Below, in pieces: positions 1-8,938 of a DNA stretch of 35,822 nucleotides. The stretch lies in the sequence record SRR22947725_3976, one strand, 5' to 3'. The position numbers were made by a program, and so were the translations under genes. The notes under the pieces are model-generated. The model saw only the letters and a program-made list of their open reading frames with translations, ran no database searches and was not told where the DNA came from. The first letter of the stretch is position 1. Each line of letters starts with the position of its first letter.

Positions 1-336
1 AAATGGTTCATGGAAATGTTTGTAGATTCTTCAGATTGGGTCATGGTACCAAATGTCTATGGAATGGGAACATTTGCTGATGGAGGAATATTTGCAACTA
101 AACCATACTCATGTGGTTCTAACTATATATTAAAGATGAGCAATTATAAAAAAGACAGTTGGTGTGATATAGTTGACGGTTTATATTGGAAATTTATGAG
201 TGATAATATCTCTCATTTTAAAAGTAATCCTCGACTTTCAATTCTAGTAGGTTCTTTAGAAAGAATGAATATAGATAGAAAAAGATTGATTTTTGACAAA
301 GCCTCTAATTTTATAACAAATATGACAAAAAAATAA
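1..336 (+). CDS. Cryptochrome/photolyase family protein (bacterial (6-4) photolyase / FeS-BCP-related), 3' partial
   Basis: Frame is open from base 1 (KWFMEMFVDSSDWVMVPNVYGMGTFADGGIFATKPY...NYILKMSNY...LYWKF). This matches the conserved C-terminal FAD-binding motifs of the PhrB/CryB-like photolyase class. Confidence 0.9.
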   Translation, partial: KWFMEMFVDSSDWVMVPNVYGMGTFADGGIFATKPYSCGSNYILKMSNYKKDSWCDIVDGLYWKFMSDNISHFKSNPRLSILVGSLERMNIDRKRLIFDKASNFITNMTKK

Positions 337-384
337 AACTTCACAAAAATAATTTAATTCTTAAAGTATTTATATAATATATTT

Positions 385-1314
385 ATGGGATTAATTATGT
401 TAAATCAAATTCCTAAGATAGACTTTAATTCATTGTCTAATGAAAGCCATAATGACTATCAAATTGAACAGAAGAAATTAAAAAAAGCTGTTACAGATTA
501 CGGTTTCTTAATAATAAAAAATTATCCTATAAACTTTCAAAATATTAATAATGTTTTTGCTTTATACAGAGATTTTTTTAAGCAAGATTTAGATGAAAAA
601 GACAAAGTAAACATGTCCAAAACATCATCAAATAGAGGTTGGGGTGGAATAAAAGCAGAACAAGTTAATGCAGATTTTAATCCAGATAATAAGGAGATAT
701 TTGACTGTGGACCGAATATTAAAGTCAACCATCAATTCCAAGATTTACCCTATTATTCAAAAAACATTTGGCCAGATGGGATCCCTTCGTTTGAAAACAA
801 AATTATGGAATTTTATAAATCATGCAGTGAAATTTCAATATCAATATTAAAACAAATTGAGATTTCATTAAATTATTCAAGTAACTTTTTTGCAAATAAA
901 TTCGAATTACCAATGGCGTTGTTAAGATGTAATTACTATCCAAAGAGATCACAAAAGATGTCAAAAAAAGATTATGGTATAGCACCTCATACAGATTATG
1001 GATGTTTAACACTCTTGTTTACTGACGGAACACCTGGCTTAGAAGTGGAATTACCTAACAAAAAATGGACAAAGGTTTTCGCCGACAAAAAGGAAATAAT
1101 AGTAAATTTTGGAGATATGCTTGAAATATGGTCAAAAAAACAAATTAAAGCTACTCCTCATAGAGTTATAGGAGGCAATAAAGAAAGATTTTCAATCCCT
1201 TTTTTCTTTAACCCTCAATATGATACAGTCATTTCAGAAGATAAAAATATATTAGCCGGTGAGTATTTATCACAACGGTATAATTCAACATATATTCATA
1301 AAATTATTAAGTAA
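385..1314 (+). CDS. 2-oxoglutarate/Fe(II)-dependent oxygenase, isopenicillin N synthase family
   Basis: IPKIDF and GFLII N-terminal motifs; LLRCNYYP; HTD (HxD) and distal H (TPHRV) iron ligands; RFS (RxS) co-substrate motif; PFFFNP. Confidence 0.92.
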   Translation: MGLIMLNQIPKIDFNSLSNESHNDYQIEQKKLKKAVTDYGFLIIKNYPINFQNINNVFALYRDFFKQDLDEKDKVNMSKTSSNRGWGGIKAEQVNADFNPDNKEIFDCGPNIKVNHQFQDLPYYSKNIWPDGIPSFENKIMEFYKSCSEISISILKQIEISLNYSSNFFANKFELPMALLRCNYYPKRSQKMSKKDYGIAPHTDYGCLTLLFTDGTPGLEVELPNKKWTKVFADKKEIIVNFGDMLEIWSKKQIKATPHRVIGGNKERFSIPFFFNPQYDTVISEDKNILAGEYLSQRYNSTYIHKIIK

Positions 1315-1318
1315 TTTT

Positions 1319-1897
1319 TTATCTCAAACCGTCTTTTCCAACAACTTCATCAGCCTCTAAACCACCCATTCTACTGTTTATCCTAGGTCCCTTAGTCATT
1401 GCTAAGCAAAACATAATTTCGTTTGCCCTTGGAGCATCTGTTACATTTACCTCATATGCATCAAAATGACTTCTAACGTATGCCGCATTTGTATGACCTA
1501 AAGGTATGTCAATTGATGATCCCATTCCTGCTACTTTCATTGCTGAAGGAACTATCGCTTTAGAATTTTTAAGCCTTTGACGCATTGCATAACCACCTGG
1601 CACATGCCAAAGTGCTGTGTGCTCTAATTCTCCATTTTCTCCAGCAATAGCCGCTTTACCATACCCATCAATGCCATTAATACCACCCAAAGTATCTATT
1701 AGACGGTCAGTTAACATTAAGCCAAGATCTTTAAGATGCTCCATCCCTGATTGCAGATCTTCATAATAACTTCCCGCATAAGGGTTAGAAACAATACCCA
1801 AAGCCGCTGCTCTTATTCTTGGAATAGACTGAAGTGGACCATTTTCATGAAAAATTTCTTCTTTTAATAAAATTATTTTTCTTAATTTAAAATTCAT
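1319..1897 (-). CDS. Amino acid synthesis family protein (DUF1185-like)
   Basis: NPYAG, YGKAAIAGENGELEH, IVPSAMKV, IDIPLGH..AAYVRSHFD and DAPRANEI are characteristic of this family. Confidence 0.85.
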   Translation of the reverse strand: MNFKLRKIILLKEEIFHENGPLQSIPRIRAAALGIVSNPYAGSYYEDLQSGMEHLKDLGLMLTDRLIDTLGGINGIDGYGKAAIAGENGELEHTALWHVPGGYAMRQRLKNSKAIVPSAMKVAGMGSSIDIPLGHTNAAYVRSHFDAYEVNVTDAPRANEIMFCLAMTKGPRINSRMGGLEADEVVGKDGLR

Positions 1898-1927
1898 TTA
1901 AAGAACCTATTTCTAAATTTTAATAAT

Positions 1928-2446
1928 TTATTTATTACCTCTCACGGGATATTGTTTTTCTTCAGCAAAAATTAATTTTGCAGGCAGAGAACTTACATCA
2001 GGCCTTGCAAAAGGCATATTACTGATATTTACCAGATATAATGAACCGTCTTCTTTAATAATAAATAAACCTGGTTCACAAAAAACTTCTGCCTCTACTT
2101 CTTTAATAGATCTAGAAATATATAAATTCCATTCCCTAGCTTTTTCTTCTGTCAAACCATAGGCAATATTCAATTTTTTAATATTCCAGTCATTTTTAGC
2201 CTGTAACGCTCTTTCTTTGCTATCCATAGAAACGGCAATTACCTCAGTATTGGATTTTTTATAATCACTTACTTGATTATCTATTGTTTTAAGAAAATCC
2301 GAACATATAGGGCAATGCAACCCTCTGTAAAAAACTATCATAGTCTTAGTCTTGTTTAAATTGCCTTCTAAAGCCCATTGGTTATCCATAACAGTATTCA
2401 GTGAAAGCGATGGTGTTATTTGACCAGGAACAATTTTATTTGTCAT
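1928..2446 (-). CDS. Peroxiredoxin-like AhpC/TSA (redoxin) family protein
   Basis: FYRGLHCPIC CxxC motif, VIAVSMD, EPGLF and MPFARP. Confidence 0.9.
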   Translation of the reverse strand: MTNKIVPGQITPSLSLNTVMDNQWALEGNLNKTKTMIVFYRGLHCPICSDFLKTIDNQVSDYKKSNTEVIAVSMDSKERALQAKNDWNIKKLNIAYGLTEEKAREWNLYISRSIKEVEAEVFCEPGLFIIKEDGSLYLVNISNMPFARPDVSSLPAKLIFAEEKQYPVRGNK

Positions 2447-2539
2447 TTTAAACTCTTAAAATAATATGAAACAACTAGAATTTATATTTAAAATTTTTAC
2501 AAAAACAAATCATATTTTATAATATAAGCTATAATTTTT

Positions 2540-2962
2540 TTATTGAAAATTCTTTTTAAAGGTTCCAATAAACATAAGATATATTAAGAAAGCTTCTGTA
2601 ATATTTTTAATCCAATCAAGAGGATATAAAATTCCATAATTAATATTATCCCCACCTAAAACAATGATTAAAAAATTTAAAATCATATAAATTAGAAAAA
2701 AAAACCTTCCTATTGATATAAAAAAATAGATTAAAATAAAACTTGTTAAAGAAAAAAAAGACATAAATAAAGTTAAAAAAAACTCTAATTTATTATTTAG
2801 AAATACTCCAATATAACCTTGATCAATAAAACGGCTTAGGCCATAGTATTTTTCAAAATTAAAAATATTCGGAATTAAAACAGTTAAGATTGATGAAAAT
2901 ACCATAAGCAGAATTAACCGTCTAAAGAGTAATTTATCAAAATTCTTAAATTCGCTTATCAT
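2540..2962 (-). CDS. Hypothetical membrane protein (about 4 TM segments)
   Basis: 140-aa ORF dominated by hydrophobic helices, co-directional with its neighbours. Confidence 0.65.
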   Translation of the reverse strand: MISEFKNFDKLLFRRLILLMVFSSILTVLIPNIFNFEKYYGLSRFIDQGYIGVFLNNKLEFFLTLFMSFFSLTSFILIYFFISIGRFFFLIYMILNFLIIVLGGDNINYGILYPLDWIKNITEAFLIYLMFIGTFKKNFQ

Positions 2963-3018
2963 TTTAAGTGCCTTATTTATTAAGTAAATATTTTAAACCA
3001 AGTTATAGAAAAATATAA

Positions 3019-4332
3019 TTAATTTTTAATTAATTTAAAAACTCGAGGTAGATAAAAAGTTAAAAAGACACCTCTTAAAATTAAAAATAAAAGAAAACAA
3101 GAATATAAATTTTTTAGGTTTAAAGTATCTTGAATTATAAATTCTATGATTAAATAAAAAATGAGGGATGATAATATCATGCTATTTCTCATTTCCTTTG
3201 CTAATGTTGCGCCAATAAAAATACCATCTAATTGAAAAGCCAACATTGAAATAAAGGGAGTAATAATTACTAATGTCCAAAGATCAATTGTTAAATTTTG
3301 TAAAACAGGAATATTTGTAAACAAATTAATGATGTAATAATCAGTTATATACAAAACTATACCAATTAATACGGAGAAAGACAAAGCAAACTCAGTTGTA
3401 TTTTTTATCGATTTATAAATATTTTTTTTATTTTTTGATCCAATAGATACTCCAACAGTCGATTCTGCAGCATGAGCAAAAGCATCAAGGGTATAAGATG
3501 AAAGTCCAAAAATAACAATTAAGATTTCCATTGTTGCTAATTGATCAACCCCTATCAAGCCTGATTTTTTAATTAGATAAGCCTGCACCGACACTAATAG
3601 CATAGTTCTCACAAATAAGTTTTTACTTATTGAAAACAAGTTAAGAAAACCATTTAAATTAATTATTTTCTTTAAGTCGAATGAACTAAAATTTAATGTT
3701 TTAAAATGATTCAAAAAAATAATAATTGATAAAAGCAAACCTGAAATTTGAGCTAATACACTACCTAAGGCAACTCCAAAAATACCATATTCAAGATAAA
3801 CGGCTAAATATAATGAAGCGATAACATTCATAAGGTTAATAATAACCAACTGTAACATAACTGATTTAGTTTTTTGCATACCAAAAAACCAACCTAAAAA
3901 TACTATATTCAATAAACCTGCTGGTAACCCTATCATTCTGATGAAGAGATATTCTTTATAAAGTGCTAGTAATTGTTGATCAGGAGTTAAAAAATAAACT
4001 GATAGATCATATATATATTTTCTATTTAAATAGAGAATAAAACCAACTGAAACGGCTATTAATGTAGGTCTTAATAAACTAAAAAAAACTTCTTCAAAAT
4101 TATTCTCTCCAAATTTTTGAGCTACGATACCTGTCGTTCCCATTCTCAAGAAATTCAATCCGGCATACATAAAGTTGAAAACAATGCCACCTATAGCGAT
4201 TGCTGCTAAATACAAACTATCTGGCATATGACCCATTATAATAGTATCAGTCAGTCCTACTAAAGGTATTGTAAAATTTGCTATTATGAGAGGCCATGAT
4301 AATGACCACACTTTTTTACGATTTATAAACAT
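3019..4332 (-). CDS. dinF: MATE family efflux transporter, DinF-like
   Basis: PLIIAN..IPLVGLTDTIIMGH, FLRMGTTGIVAQ, LDAFAHAAE and FQLDGIFIGAT motifs; about 12 hydrophobic segments. Confidence 0.9.
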   Translation of the reverse strand: MFINRKKVWSLSWPLIIANFTIPLVGLTDTIIMGHMPDSLYLAAIAIGGIVFNFMYAGLNFLRMGTTGIVAQKFGENNFEEVFFSLLRPTLIAVSVGFILYLNRKYIYDLSVYFLTPDQQLLALYKEYLFIRMIGLPAGLLNIVFLGWFFGMQKTKSVMLQLVIINLMNVIASLYLAVYLEYGIFGVALGSVLAQISGLLLSIIIFLNHFKTLNFSSFDLKKIINLNGFLNLFSISKNLFVRTMLLVSVQAYLIKKSGLIGVDQLATMEILIVIFGLSSYTLDAFAHAAESTVGVSIGSKNKKNIYKSIKNTTEFALSFSVLIGIVLYITDYYIINLFTNIPVLQNLTIDLWTLVIITPFISMLAFQLDGIFIGATLAKEMRNSMILSSLIFYLIIEFIIQDTLNLKNLYSCFLLFLILRGVFLTFYLPRVFKLIKN

Positions 4333-4374
4333 TGCATTTTAAGCATATATAATAATAATAACCATTTGATAAAT

Positions 4375-5022
4375 TTAAAATTTTCTAAATTTTAAATAAG
4401 CTTGTTCAGGGTCCATTCCATTTAATATTGCTTGTCGCATTTCACTTTCAGTACCCATTACCTCCTCAGTTTTACTAATTACCTCTTCTACAATTTTATT
4501 AGGTATAATAACAGCTCCATCCATATCAGCAATTATATAGTCTCCAGAATGGATTGTTACTGTTCCTATAGTTATTGGATGACCTAGAGAATCGTATTTC
4601 CAACGTTCAACAATATCAGCCGCAGTTGAAAGCCTACAAAAAACAGGGAATTTGGCATCTAAGATTTCTTCTACATCTCTACAATGACCATCCATTAAAT
4701 AACCCCTAGTACCTTTAACCATTAAGGCTCTAGCAGACAATTCCCCCATCAAAGCAATTGAATGTGTGTTAGGTTGACATATTATCACTTTTTCAGAAGG
4801 AACTTTGGATAAAACTTGAGACCAAAGCAAAAGAGATTCATGACGTGATAGACTATAATCAATATGACCAGAAATTGTATAAATCTCTCCAAACAATTTT
4901 TGACCTTTTTCTAGGGCTTGAATTTCTGGAGGAAGAACACAATTACCGTAACCTTTTTCTCTTAAGACATCGTGAATAGCACTTGCATAGCATTTAGACA
5001 GACGATCAATTAGATTATTCAT
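4375..5022 (-). CDS. RraA family protein / HMG aldolase-like
   Basis: ALMGEL, DGHCRD and ITIGTVTIHSGDYIIADMDGAVIIP motifs. Confidence 0.88.
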   Translation of the reverse strand: MNNLIDRLSKCYASAIHDVLREKGYGNCVLPPEIQALEKGQKLFGEIYTISGHIDYSLSRHESLLLWSQVLSKVPSEKVIICQPNTHSIALMGELSARALMVKGTRGYLMDGHCRDVEEILDAKFPVFCRLSTAADIVERWKYDSLGHPITIGTVTIHSGDYIIADMDGAVIIPNKIVEEVISKTEEVMGTESEMRQAILNGMDPEQAYLKFRKF

Positions 5023-5108
5023 TTGAAATTCCTATACTATATTTTTTACAAAAATAAATTATTGGCATTATAAATATTTTTATAGTCTATGAGTGTTTTT
5101 ATGAAACA

Positions 5109-5795
5109 TTAAAACACAGATACAACTTCATTAAATGGTTTTTTTACAGTAGACGCTAAAGGAATTTTAGCATCTTTAGCAGAATGTCCTACCGCAAGAA
5201 TTAAAGAGGCTTTGTCTGAAGGCGGTCTATTACATATTTTACTTAAAAAGCCCATTGGATTAGGAGTATGCGTTAAACATGATAATCCAGACAAGTGTAA
5301 TGCTGAAATAAGAAATCCTGTTGCTATACCAACACTTTCTGGCACATAATAATTTTTTCTTTTTGTTCCATCAGCTAATTGTCCATATCTTTCAGAAAAT
5401 ATTACAATCAGCCAAGGAGCTACTTCTAAATGTGGTTTATCTGAATGTGTTCCAAAGGGCTCAAGCGCTTTTAACCATTCATCTTTTTTAACATCATTAT
5501 AAAACTTCTGTTCTTCAATTTCAGCTGCTTTTCTTATTTGAGATTTAATACTAGGATTTGATATTGCTACAAAATGCCATGGCTGCAGATTTGCTCCACT
5601 TGGAGCAGAACATGCGACTTTTATACAATTTTTTATAACAGAATAAGAAACATTTTTATCAGAGAAATCTCTAATTGTGTGTCTTGATTGCATTTTTAAT
5701 AAATGCTTATTCGAGATGGATTCCATATCAGAATTTGAGACTGCTTTTTGTTCTATAGGTGAAATAGGCTGATAAAGTTTATTATTTATATCCAT
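5109..5795 (-). CDS. Nitroreductase family protein, iodotyrosine deiodinase (IYD)-like
   Basis: RHTIRDFS, APSGANLQPWHFV, IRKAAEIEEQKFY, KPHLEVAPWLIVIF, YYVPESVGIATGFL and LTHTPNPM match the IYD subgroup of FMN nitroreductases. Confidence 0.85.
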   Translation of the reverse strand: MDINNKLYQPISPIEQKAVSNSDMESISNKHLLKMQSRHTIRDFSDKNVSYSVIKNCIKVACSAPSGANLQPWHFVAISNPSIKSQIRKAAEIEEQKFYNDVKKDEWLKALEPFGTHSDKPHLEVAPWLIVIFSERYGQLADGTKRKNYYVPESVGIATGFLISALHLSGLSCLTHTPNPMGFLSKICNRPPSDKASLILAVGHSAKDAKIPLASTVKKPFNEVVSVF

Positions 5796-5807
5796 AACGA
5801 AAAAACT

Positions 5808-5975
5808 CTATAAATTTGATAAAAAATGCTTTGGTATGGACAAATCGGCGTAAGGGAGTGCTACAAAAAATACAACTATAAATATAAGAAAGTATTTAAA
5901 GTAATCTTTTCTAAACCTTAAATTATTTTTTCCAAATTTAAACGAAATAAACTTAATTTGATTATTGTTCTTCAC
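5808..5975 (-). CDS. Small membrane protein (55 aa), absent from the ORF track
   Basis: GTG start preceded by GAGG; MKNNNQIKFISFKFGKNNLRFRKDYFKYFLIFIVVFFVALPYADLSIPKHFLSNL*; one TM; ends 12 nt before the nitroreductase start. Confidence 0.5.
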   Translation of the reverse strand: MKNNNQIKFISFKFGKNNLRFRKDYFKYFLIFIVVFFVALPYADLSIPKHFLSNL

Positions 5976-6112
5976 AAGCACCTCAGAATTCTTAATTTAA
6001 AAACATATATTATTAAATACAGACTCATCTTAACAATCAAGTAATTTAAATAACAAATAATTTACTATTTTTATTATTTGAATTTAACAAAAAATCATGT
6101 TTAAAATAAGAT

Positions 6113-6493
6113 ATGAGAATATTATTCAGTGTCGTTTTTTTAATATTTTTTTATTATATAAAACCCTCGCTTGCGACTGAAAGCAATGCTAACATTATTT
6201 GTAGCAACGACAGCAAATCTAATTTATTAGAATTTTCATTTAAAAATAATAATAATAATTTTTATGATTATGCATTCAAAAAAATTAAAAATAAATTTAT
6301 AGAGATTGGAAGCATAGTTGGACAAAAATCAAACTCATTTATTTTATTTGAAGATAAGTATGCTTTTCTGGGTGTTGATTTTGCTTGGCATTTAGATAAA
6401 AGCACTATGAGGCTAAAACCGGTTTTATTGAGCGAAGGTACAATAGAGTTAAAAAAATTACCCGAAGAGTTATCTTGTATTAATAAAAAATAA
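6113..6493 (+). CDS. Secreted hypothetical protein, paralogue of 29516..29902
   Basis: Signal peptide ending SLA; one Cys near each end of the mature chain; shares GQK..SFILFED and FAWHLD with the ORF at 29516. Confidence 0.75.
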   Translation: MRILFSVVFLIFFYYIKPSLATESNANIICSNDSKSNLLEFSFKNNNNNFYDYAFKKIKNKFIEIGSIVGQKSNSFILFEDKYAFLGVDFAWHLDKSTMRLKPVLLSEGTIELKKLPEELSCINKK

Positions 6494-6598
6494 TTTTCTT
6501 TTAATTTAACGTTAATAATGAAATAACATAATTATAACTTACAAATAATTCATTTCATTTTACTTTCATCATAGTCAATAATTTTAATAGGTCACATA

Positions 6599-7297
6599 AT
6601 GTCAAACGCAGTTAAACTCCATTATTTTTTAGGTCGTGGTAGAGCAGAAACTACTAGATGGATGTTGGCAATTAATCAAATTGGTTTTAATAACATTCCT
6701 ATTACCACGCCTGAGGATCTTATTGAACTCAGAAGCTCTGGTAAACTTCCATTTGACCAAATGCCTCTTTTAGAAATTAATGGAATGAACTTAAGTCAAT
6801 CTAGTGGAATGATTAGATACCTAGCAAGAATTGGAGGATTTTATGGAGACAATGATAAAGAAGCTCTTTATTGTGATATGTTTGCAGGTGCAATAACTGA
6901 CTTTGCTGAAGCATCTATGCAGGCTGCATTCCAACCTACTAAAGAAATAGCTGTTAAAATGTTAAAAGAACGTTTTAATAAATTTGCTCCTAAATTTGAG
7001 TTAAGAATACAAGAAAACGGAAATGAGTTTTGTGTTGGTAAAAAAATATCATTTGCAGATGTTATTTTGACAGAGGCCTTGAGTGCTTATATAGAATGGA
7101 TACCTGATCTTTTAAAAAACACCCCTCTTCTATTATCCATATATGAAAAAGTCATTAATCAAACTGGAATTAAGTTATACTTAAGTTCTGAACTAAGATA
7201 TCCTAAACCTGATGAAAAATATGTAATTGACGTTGCGCGTGTTCTTCAAAGAGCTTTGCCAGCACATATGTCTGACATAAATCGATTTGTAAATTAA
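6599..7297 (+). CDS. Glutathione S-transferase (Tyr-type, alpha/sigma-like)
   Basis: KLHYFLGRGRAETTRWML, LPFDQMPLLEINGMNLSQS..MIRYLA and VGKKISFADV motifs. Confidence 0.9.
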   Translation: MSNAVKLHYFLGRGRAETTRWMLAINQIGFNNIPITTPEDLIELRSSGKLPFDQMPLLEINGMNLSQSSGMIRYLARIGGFYGDNDKEALYCDMFAGAITDFAEASMQAAFQPTKEIAVKMLKERFNKFAPKFELRIQENGNEFCVGKKISFADVILTEALSAYIEWIPDLLKNTPLLLSIYEKVINQTGIKLYLSSELRYPKPDEKYVIDVARVLQRALPAHMSDINRFVN

Positions 7298-7301
7298 AAC
7301 A

Positions 7302-7601
7302 ATGATATTTAAAGATTTAAATTTTGTTAATGGAAAATGTCAATTAGACTATAATTATTATGTTCTTAGTTTTTCTCAGATTGAAAATGAAAAATTATAT
7401 GAATGTGCAGTGTTCAATAGAGCAAAATTACCTGTAGATTTACCTAGTGTAAAGACAGAAAAAATTAAGAATAATAAATGGGTCAAGATACATTTCACAA
7501 AAATAGATGTTGAAGATATGTTAAATAAATTTTGGGCTATCACTGGGATAAAAACCCCAAAACAACTTGATGAAAGTGAATTTTACAAAGATATTTTTTA
7601 G
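7302..7601 (+). CDS. Hypothetical protein
   Basis: 99-aa ORF starting 4 nt after the GST stop; no recognised motif. Confidence 0.65.
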   Translation: MIFKDLNFVNGKCQLDYNYYVLSFSQIENEKLYECAVFNRAKLPVDLPSVKTEKIKNNKWVKIHFTKIDVEDMLNKFWAITGIKTPKQLDESEFYKDIF

Positions 7602-7634
7602 ACAGCTGGATATTTACGACTTTTATGAAACACT

Positions 7635-7775
7635 CTAAATATAGTATCCAATTAAAAGCCCTATTATCAATCCTTCTATAAAGCTTAGCCAAATAATTTG
7701 ATAATTTGATAAACCAGTAATTTTTTGTACTTTAGTAATTAAATTTATGTGCCAATTTAATAATTTATTTTTCAT
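7635..7775 (-). CDS. Small membrane protein (46 aa), absent from the ORF track
   Basis: MKNKLLNWHINLITKVQKITGLSNYQIIWLSFIEGLIIGLLIGYYI*; amphipathic N-terminus plus a GxxxG-containing TM helix. Confidence 0.6.
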   Translation of the reverse strand: MKNKLLNWHINLITKVQKITGLSNYQIIWLSFIEGLIIGLLIGYYI

Positions 7776-7886
7776 TTAAAAACCCCGAGAAAAAATTTTA
7801 TAGATTTAAAGTAACTAAATTTATGTTAATAATTAAATTAATTTAATTATTATCAATAATAACAATTTATTTATAAGGAAATAAAG

Positions 7887-8294
7887 ATGAATAACATTCC
7901 GCTCACATCTCTTTTTGCATCATTATTTACAATTTTTTATTTATTTTTATCTTTTCGCATAGGTTACCTTAGAGGAAGTCCTGTTATGAAATTAATATTT
8001 AAAATGGATAAAAAAGTACCAGCTATTAAATTAGATAGAAATGTTAGAGCTCACGGTAACTTTTCAGAATACGTTCCTCTTTTTTTAATACTTTTATATA
8101 TTTTTGAAAGTGTTAATCTATTATCTTTTAACTACTTACTAATAATTTGTTTAGTATTTTCTTATGGTAGAGTTGCACACGCAATTTGTTTTGCTTTTTA
8201 CGATCATAATCCTTTTCTCAGAATTTCTGGAATGCTATGTACCTATTTAAGTTTAGCTATATTATCTATTCAACTATTATTATCTAAAATCTGA
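7887..8294 (+). CDS. MAPEG family membrane protein
   Basis: AAGGA RBS; VRAHGNFSEYVP and GRVAHA motifs; 4 TM segments. Confidence 0.9.
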   Translation: MNNIPLTSLFASLFTIFYLFLSFRIGYLRGSPVMKLIFKMDKKVPAIKLDRNVRAHGNFSEYVPLFLILLYIFESVNLLSFNYLLIICLVFSYGRVAHAICFAFYDHNPFLRISGMLCTYLSLAILSIQLLLSKI

Positions 8295-8320
8295 ATAGAT
8301 GAGGTTATAATAAAAATTTA

Positions 8321-8518
8321 TTAATATTTCCAAATTTTTATTACCTCATTAATTTTTAAGAATTTACTATGTTCATATTGATGAAGGATTATTTCAATAG
8401 CTTTTTCTTTATTTTCAGCTTCTACAATTAATGTTTTATTTATAATTTCTTTTTTACCGTCACCGTGAATAAATTCTAAACAAAACTTTACTTCAAAGTC
8501 TGTTTTCCAATTTGTCAT
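8321..8518 (-). CDS. Small hypothetical protein
   Basis: 65-aa ORF with AGGT upstream; LIVEAENKEKAIE motif. Confidence 0.65.
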   Translation of the reverse strand: MTNWKTDFEVKFCLEFIHGDGKKEIINKTLIVEAENKEKAIEIILHQYEHSKFLKINEVIKIWKY

Positions 8519-8636
8519 AAATTAACCTATGGGTATTTATATTAAATTAAATTGATTTAAAATTTAAATATTTTAAATATTGTTTATGAAATTGTTATAT
8601 ACAGAATTGTTATTTATTAAATAAAAAGTATAAGCA

Positions 8637-8879
8637 ATGAACTTTAAATATAATAAAAAGAATGCAAAATGCATGTGGTGCAAGAGAACTGAAAATCCTC
8701 ATCCAGATTTTTTACATGAAACTATCCCAACAAAAGTATTTTTTTCAATGTTAGGTCGTAAAATAGAACTTTGTTTTAATTGTTATGAAGAAGAAAAGAA
8801 AAAATCTAATTCAAACGAAAGTGATTTTAAAAAAAACTTAGATTTTAAATTTGAAGCTATGAAAATATTAAAATTATAA
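8637..8879 (+). CDS. Small hypothetical protein, putative Zn-binding
   Basis: Two CxxC pairs (CMWC and CFNC) in 80 aa. Confidence 0.65.
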   Translation: MNFKYNKKNAKCMWCKRTENPHPDFLHETIPTKVFFSMLGRKIELCFNCYEEEKKKSNSNESDFKKNLDFKFEAMKILKL

Positions 8880-8938
8880 TTTAAAATAAATTTATTTTAT
8901 GTCATTAATCATACTACTAATTATTTGGATAAAAATTT

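Noticed and set aside
537-1012. ORFs 537..728, 668..850 and 803..1012
   Set aside because: Shadow or alternate-frame ORFs inside the well-supported 2OG-Fe(II) oxygenase.
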